Positions 59,035-64,000 of a stretch of DNA of 64,000 nucleotides are shown here, piece after piece (the stretch's first letter is position 1; each line of letters begins with the position of its first letter). The stretch comes from an uncultured bacterium (GTDB taxonomy: Bacteria; Auribacterota; Erginobacteria; Erginobacterales; Erginobacteraceae), in NCBI GenBank assembly GCA_963822585.1, contig CAWGIE010000026.1, positions 320,001 through 384,000 of the forward strand. The letters run 5' to 3'. The notes under the pieces are model-generated. The model searched no databases, was not told where the DNA came from, and saw nothing but the letters and a program-made list of their open reading frames with translations. The position numbers and the translations under genes were made by a program.

Positions 59035-61485
59035 ATGAAAAAACCGGCGGCACCACCGACAAACAGGATCATCCTTCTGATTCTGTCCCTCTGCCTGCTG
59101 CCGGTTTTTTTTCCTCTCGGCTGCACAAAACGGGACAAAGACGAGGCCTCCTCCACTACCGAGTACCTGGATGTCAACCTTAAAAAGTTTCCGGAGGACC
59201 AGTATAACACGGTTCCTCCTCGGGCGGATGCCGGGAAGATCATCGCGGCGGGAGACGCGGTCAAGCTGACCTTCTATGGCGCCACCCGGATCGTGGGGGG
59301 ATCCTGCATCCTGCTCGAATACCGGGGGAAACGCATCCTGATCGATGCCGGCATCTTTTACATGAACAGCCTGGTCCCGCTGGACAGGCGCTTTGAATTC
59401 GATCCCTCCACTCTTGACTACGTCATTCTGACCCATGCTCATGGAGATCATAACGCCCGGGTGCCGTTATTGTATGAACGGGGCTATACGGGAAAAATCT
59501 ACAGCACCCCGCCCACCAAGGATATCAGCAATGTCATGCTTCAGCTGGGCGCGGGGATGACGGCACGCCGCTACCGGGTCGATTTCAGGAACAAGACCGT
59601 GCACAGCCGCCCCTGTGAAAAATCAAAGGCCCTCCGTCCGGATGAGTTCCTCGATGTCGGCAACGCCCGGGTCTGGCTGGACAACATGGGTTATCACTCC
59701 TGCCGGCTCTGCCAGGAGATGGTGGTAAGAGATAAGGCCGCGTTGAGCAATAAAGTCGAGGACTGGTTCCAGACGGTCGAACCCGGCGAGCTGATCGAAC
59801 TGGAAAAAGACATCCGCCTTCGTCTCCATAACGCCGGCCATATACTGGGCAGTTCCCAGGCGGAACTGATCCTGGGCGATGGTGAAGACGCGATCACGCT
59901 GGTCTTCGGCGGAGATTACGGTAACCAGATCTCCCCCCTGCTCAGAAAGCCCGATCAAATCGAGAAAGCCGATTACGTGATCACCGAGGCCACCTACGGC
60001 GCGGTCCGGAAAAAATTCAAGGAACCGTACTTTGAGGATTTTATCGATGACGTTGTCGCCGCGGTCCAGCGGGGAGAGCGGGTCATCATGCCGGCGTTTG
60101 TCCTCAGCAAGTCCCAGAAGATTATCACCATCCTGGCGGAAGAGGCATACCTGGGGAGAATACCAAAAAACTGTCCGATCATCGTAACGTCACCCACGGT
60201 TAAAAAACTGGACGATATCTATCAGAAATACCTCCAGTCGAACCCCGAGGACTATTTTTCCGACTGGGCGATGAAACGGCAGAAATGGCGTAATCCTTTT
60301 GAAAACGATCAGTTCTTTTTCGGCTCGATCAACAGCTACCGGAACAAGTATGGCGATGTCGGAAGCCCGGCCATATTTCTCGTTTCATCGGGGATGATGG
60401 ATTTTGCCAGCGCCCTGGAGATGGCGGAGAAATACCTCGCCGATCCCAAATCAAACTTCTTCATCGTCGGCTGGCAGAGTCCCGACTCCGTCGGCAGAGC
60501 TGCCATGAAACTGCCGGAAGTGGTTATCAAGGGCAAAACCATCCCGGTTCGGGCCCGGGTGAAAAGATTCGGACAGTTCTCATCCCACGGAGACCTGACG
60601 ATGCTGCTCGAGAACATAAAGAACTACCGGGATCTGAAGGGGGTGATCGTCCAGCACGGCGAGATGGAGTCAACTCTCAACCTGGCGCAGCTGATCAACC
60701 GGGACTACGGTTACCCGGTTTTCGTCCCAGCCTTCCTGGATACGCTCTGGCTGGATAAAAAATCCTTCCTGAAGGCAGATCATGATTTTTCCATCCAGGC
60801 CCAGCAACTCCGGCAGCTCGATCCGGCCCTGGAACTCCCCCCGGCCACCCTGGAGAAAAAAAACCAGGTCGCCTACAATAACCTGGATCAGGCGGAGAAA
60901 GCATACCGAAGCGGGAACCTGGACCTGGCCCTCAAATATGCCCGCGATGCCGTCCGGCGCTATGAATCCCTGGCCGACGCCCATTACCTGATGGGAAAAA
61001 TATTTCAGGATAAGGGGATGACCGGCCTGATGATGGAATCTTACCGGAAAGCGGTCACGATCAACCCCCACGACGCGCGCTACTACCTCGGCCTGGCAAA
61101 AGGATTTCTCGCCGAAGGGAAGCCCGAGGATGCCGCCAGCGAGCTGCGCACCTGCCTTTTTTACCAGCCGGAAGAGATCGAGGCGCTGGCACTGCTGGGG
61201 GAGATTTACTGCAAGAGCGACCGCGAATCAACCGGCCTGGAACTCCTGAAAGCGGCCAACTCCATCGACCCCTACGATGAGACGGTCAGTGTTACCGTGG
61301 AAGAGATGGTGCGGCAGCAGGAGAAACGTCAGGTTTATTACCTGGTCAGCCGGAACGGAAAATTCTTTCATTACCCCTGGTGTCCCCTGGCACAGCGGAT
61401 CGCGGAGCGAAACCAGATACGGTTCCAGAGCCGTTCGGAAGCCCTGCAGAAAGGCTACCTTCCTTGTATCCAGTGCACTCCTTGA
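59035..61485 (+). CDS. Lipoprotein MBL/beta-CASP nuclease with Ada-like Zn modules and TPRs
   Basis: LGC lipobox; VGGSC, DAG, THAHGDH, AGHILGS, GD, EATYG, SSGM, FSSHGD, HGE; TPRs; C-terminal FH...C..GY.PC..C.P. Confidence 0.85.
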   Translation: MKKPAAPPTNRIILLILSLCLLPVFFPLGCTKRDKDEASSTTEYLDVNLKKFPEDQYNTVPPRADAGKIIAAGDAVKLTFYGATRIVGGSCILLEYRGKRILIDAGIFYMNSLVPLDRRFEFDPSTLDYVILTHAHGDHNARVPLLYERGYTGKIYSTPPTKDISNVMLQLGAGMTARRYRVDFRNKTVHSRPCEKSKALRPDEFLDVGNARVWLDNMGYHSCRLCQEMVVRDKAALSNKVEDWFQTVEPGELIELEKDIRLRLHNAGHILGSSQAELILGDGEDAITLVFGGDYGNQISPLLRKPDQIEKADYVITEATYGAVRKKFKEPYFEDFIDDVVAAVQRGERVIMPAFVLSKSQKIITILAEEAYLGRIPKNCPIIVTSPTVKKLDDIYQKYLQSNPEDYFSDWAMKRQKWRNPFENDQFFFGSINSYRNKYGDVGSPAIFLVSSGMMDFASALEMAEKYLADPKSNFFIVGWQSPDSVGRAAMKLPEVVIKGKTIPVRARVKRFGQFSSHGDLTMLLENIKNYRDLKGVIVQHGEMESTLNLAQLINRDYGYPVFVPAFLDTLWLDKKSFLKADHDFSIQAQQLRQLDPALELPPATLEKKNQVAYNNLDQAEKAYRSGNLDLALKYARDAVRRYESLADAHYLMGKIFQDKGMTGLMMESYRKAVTINPHDARYYLGLAKGFLAEGKPEDAASELRTCLFYQPEEIEALALLGEIYCKSDRESTGLELLKAANSIDPYDETVSVTVEEMVRQQEKRQVYYLVSRNGKFFHYPWCPLAQRIAERNQIRFQSRSEALQKGYLPCIQCTP

Positions 61486-61489
61486 GATA

Positions 61490-61566
61490 GGGATTGGGGA
61501 TTGGGGATTGAGGATTGGGAATTAGAGGGGCATCGGATAATATTGACCATTCCCTAATCCTCAATC
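61490..61566. repeat. GGGGATT heptamer tandem hairpin
   Basis: gggattggggattggggattgaggattgggaatt ... attccctaatcctcaatc. Confidence 0.75.
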
Positions 61567-61567
61567 G

Positions 61568-61975
61568 TTATTTCGCTTTCCTCAGCTTGTTGAGAAGGAA
61601 TTCCCGGTCCCGGGAGACGCTCTCGCTTTTATAGTCGGGGGCCCTTTCCGCTATCAACTCCAGCAGACTGAGGGCCTCATTGAAACGATCGATCACGATC
61701 TGCTTATTGCCCTTGAACTCATTTGCTTTCCCCTCTTCCATCAATGCCAGAGCCTTCGAATACACCAGCTGAGGATCAAATGAGACCACCTCGGTCTGCA
61801 ATTCTCCATTCGTGAACTCCCAGGATTTTTCCAGATAGAGCTTGAGCAGATAGAGGAGCCCGGGGAGAATTACGGCGGTGAGGATGAGGGACACGACCAG
61901 CCGGCGGCTCCGGTGCCGTTTCAGCCGGCGGCTCAATAATGCTGATTTTCGCCCGGTTTGGAAAGGGGGGGCCAT
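61568..61975 (-). CDS. Membrane-anchored hypothetical protein
   Basis: Basic N-terminus, one TM, helical C-domain; start moved to 61975 because the listed extension is repeat-derived. Confidence 0.65.
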   Translation of the reverse strand: MAPPFQTGRKSALLSRRLKRHRSRRLVVSLILTAVILPGLLYLLKLYLEKSWEFTNGELQTEVVSFDPQLVYSKALALMEEGKANEFKGNKQIVIDRFNEALSLLELIAERAPDYKSESVSRDREFLLNKLRKAK

Positions 61976-61980
61976 TTCAG

Positions 61981-62222
61981 AATGTAGCGCCGGCGGCGCT
62001 ACTACTGACGAAATCCGAATGACGAATGACGAATGAAATCCAAATGACAAATGAACAAATTCCTAATTTCATTTCTGCTCTGCGGCGCGGGCAATGGGGG
62101 CGCATTTGGTCATTTGGTATTTGTTTTTCGTCATTCTTTCGTCATTCGTCATTCAGATTTCGTCATTCATGTTGTTTTCCCTAATTTATTAAAATTTCGA
62201 ATCAGTAAATCAGCCGCCGCTC
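61981..62222 (-). repeat. Bipartite intergenic element enclosing an AATGACG heptamer hairpin
   Basis: Minus strand: gagcggcggctgatt-tactgattcgaaatttt-[aatgacg x n .. cgtcatt x n]-agtagtagcgccgccggcgctacatt. Confidence 0.7.
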
Positions 62223-62224
62223 CC

Positions 62225-62683
62225 CTATTCCCTATTTTTTACCGCCCCCCGTTCCCACCCCAACAGGTACCGCTTCCACTCCAAGCCCGAGCTGAATCCG
62301 CCCAACGATCCATCCGACCTGATCACCCGGTGACAGGGAATCAGCAGGGGCCACGGGTTATCCCCCAGAGCCCCGCCAACCGCTCGGGACGCTCCGGGTA
62401 AACCGATTTCCCGGGCCAGCCGGCCATAGGAGATGGTTTGTCCGAAAGGGACGGTCATCGTCCGTTGCCAGACCAGCCGGCGGAAGGGCGAATGTGCCTT
62501 CAGATCGAGAACAACCCCCTTCAGATCAAGTATACCATACCAATCATCCCCTCCCCGAACCGCTGCCGATGGGTTAATCCGGCCGGGAGGCGCCGAGGGC
62601 AGAGCAAGCCTGGTCAGGACCCCGTTTTCCCACCGGAGCCGGAGCGGTCCCAGCGGCGAAGAGATGATGGCTCGCGCCTTCAT
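62225..62683 (-). CDS. ogt: Methylated-DNA--protein-cysteine methyltransferase
   Basis: SPLG, VPFGQTISYG, SRAVG, IPCHRVI active site; start 62683 or 62719. Confidence 0.9.
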   Translation of the reverse strand: MKARAIISSPLGPLRLRWENGVLTRLALPSAPPGRINPSAAVRGGDDWYGILDLKGVVLDLKAHSPFRRLVWQRTMTVPFGQTISYGRLAREIGLPGASRAVGGALGDNPWPLLIPCHRVIRSDGSLGGFSSGLEWKRYLLGWERGAVKNRE

Positions 62684-62756
62684 TCGCCGGCAAGCGGCAG
62701 GCTCCGCGTCAGAGATCATTACTCGGACAGGCTCCTCGTATTTTTCTTCCGATCAT

Positions 62757-64000
62757 TCACGGTGCCAGAAAGGCAATCAGTCCGGCCAGCAGCAACTGGC
62801 TGTCAACCAGCATCTCATGCGTCAAACCGCGATAGATAATCCGCCGGTGATAGAGAGTAAGATAAAAACAGCCATAGACGATAACCGCCAGATACCAGTA
62901 TCCGGAGGAGGTCACCCATCCCCGGGCGGTGCCCAGAATCAGCAACAGCGTGACCAGGACGATGAAACAAAGAAGCATGATCTTGGTCTTCTTCACCCCC
63001 AGAACAACCGGGATGGTCTCCCTGCCAACCAGCCGATCGCCCTGTATATCGCGGATGGCAAACAGGGAAGACCGGACAAACATGATACTGAAGACAAAGA
63101 CAAAAGCCACAACGCCCGAGATGACGGGGACCGCCGGAGCTCCGGTGGAAAAAGCGGGGATCAGGACTGCCAGGACCCCCCAACCCAGGGAACTGAAAAA
63201 TTCCTTCAGCCCGGTCATGTTCTTCAGGCTCCTCCCCGGGAGAATGGTGAAGCTGTAGGCCAACCCGGAAAGAAGAGTGAAGCCGGTCAGAATAAAAGCG
63301 CCGGTTCCCAGAATCACGGCGCAGAAGAAAGCCGTCAGCAGGGAGACCGCGTTCAGCAGATACAGCCCCTTCCGGTGATTGAGAAAAAACCGGTACCGGG
63401 AAGGCTGGTTAAGGAGAATGGCCTGCCGATCGGCAAATATATTCAGGTTATAGATTGCCAGCACGAGACAGAAAGAGAGCAGGACAGCGGGCCATTGGAG
63501 GGGAATGCCCAGAAGACGCATGGAGGCACAGGTCATGCAGGCACCACCGAGGGCGATCAGAATGTCGGCTTTTACGATCAGGGAGAGAGAACGGTAGAGC
63601 CACCCCATCCCCCCTCCCTGTTTCCAGGACCAGCTCCGCAACCTGTCAACCACTTCTTGAATCAACCAGTTCGGCGTGGAAGCCCCCGCCGTAACGCCCA
63701 CCGTCGGGAACCGGCTTAAAGCGGGCAGATCCAGTTCATCGGCTGTTTCAACCTGAAACACGGGAACCCGGTCACCCGCGATCCTGGTCAGACGGGCGGT
63801 GTTGGCGCTGTTCTTGCCTCCGACCACGATCATGGCGTCGACCTTACCGGCGATGTCTACTACCTCCTTCTGACGGTCACGGGTCGAGGCGCAGATGGTT
63901 TCAAAGACCAGGACGTCCCGGAACCGGGCGCGCACGGCGTCGGCGACTTCCCGGTACTCATTACGGTTCTGGGTGGTCTGAGATACCAGACACACCCGAT
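62757..64000 (-). CDS. ispH: IspH (LytB) fused to a UbiA-like prenyltransferase domain, 5'-truncated by the window edge
   Basis: SQTTQ, TIC.ST..RQ, VGGKNSANT, VGVTAGASTP, then a multi-TM domain with DIQGDRLVGRETIP. Confidence 0.88.
   Translation of the reverse strand, partial: RVCLVSQTTQNRNEYREVADAVRARFRDVLVFETICASTRDRQKEVVDIAGKVDAMIVVGGKNSANTARLTRIAGDRVPVFQVETADELDLPALSRFPTVGVTAGASTPNWLIQEVVDRLRSWSWKQGGGMGWLYRSLSLIVKADILIALGGACMTCASMRLLGIPLQWPAVLLSFCLVLAIYNLNIFADRQAILLNQPSRYRFFLNHRKGLYLLNAVSLLTAFFCAVILGTGAFILTGFTLLSGLAYSFTILPGRSLKNMTGLKEFFSSLGWGVLAVLIPAFSTGAPAVPVISGVVAFVFVFSIMFVRSSLFAIRDIQGDRLVGRETIPVVLGVKKTKIMLLCFIVLVTLLLILGTARGWVTSSGYWYLAVIVYGCFYLTLYHRRIIYRGLTHEMLVDSQLLLAGLIAFLAP

Noticed and set aside
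61976..62401. ORFs or N-terminal extensions such as MSFGFHSSFVIRIS, MFFVSFVFFVV (3448) and MVESWSTGVME (2444)
   Set aside because: These are translations of intergenic repeat units, not protein sequence.
62433..63719. Long antisense ORFs (also 33251-34654, 30506-31834, 41696-43069, 56172-57224, 48198-49280)
   Set aside because: Shadow frames opposite well-supported genes in GC-rich DNA; no recognisable motifs.

Overview
Chromosomal window of a moderately GC-rich diderm bacterium. The LepB architecture and surface-protein types hint at a PVC-like or candidate lineage (low confidence). Housekeeping content: partial his operon (hisD-C-B-A-I), a carbohydrate/G3P-type ABC transporter, manC, ruvX/yqgF, lepB, an orphan histidine kinase, an ECF sigma/anti-sigma pair, trkAH, smpB, glnS, mazG, ogt, a partial ispH-UbiA fusion, and many TPR and secreted proteins. 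Mobile DNA: one intact-looking IS1634 element and one MITE. A dif-like XerCD site at 16699-16726, where gene orientation and GGGNAGGG polarity switch, suggests the replication terminus lies here. Most notable: (1) two tandem single-repeat TolC/OEP-like proteins whose membrane beta-hairpin is extended to about 56+56 residues around a central turn, upstream of a TPR gene and comEA, a candidate long beta-barrel conduit; (2) a family of intergenic elements with two conserved boundary motifs enclosing interchangeable tandem-repeat hairpins, and once possibly a nuclease gene; (3) a lipoprotein beta-CASP nuclease with two Ada-like Zn modules; (4) a tandem Fe-S PD-(D/E)XK nuclease whose first active site looks degenerate; (5) a shared 6x40-aa C-terminal repeat module on three unrelated secreted proteins. 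No CRISPR array, rRNA or tRNA was recognised. All family assignments come from reading motifs by eye; no searches were run.
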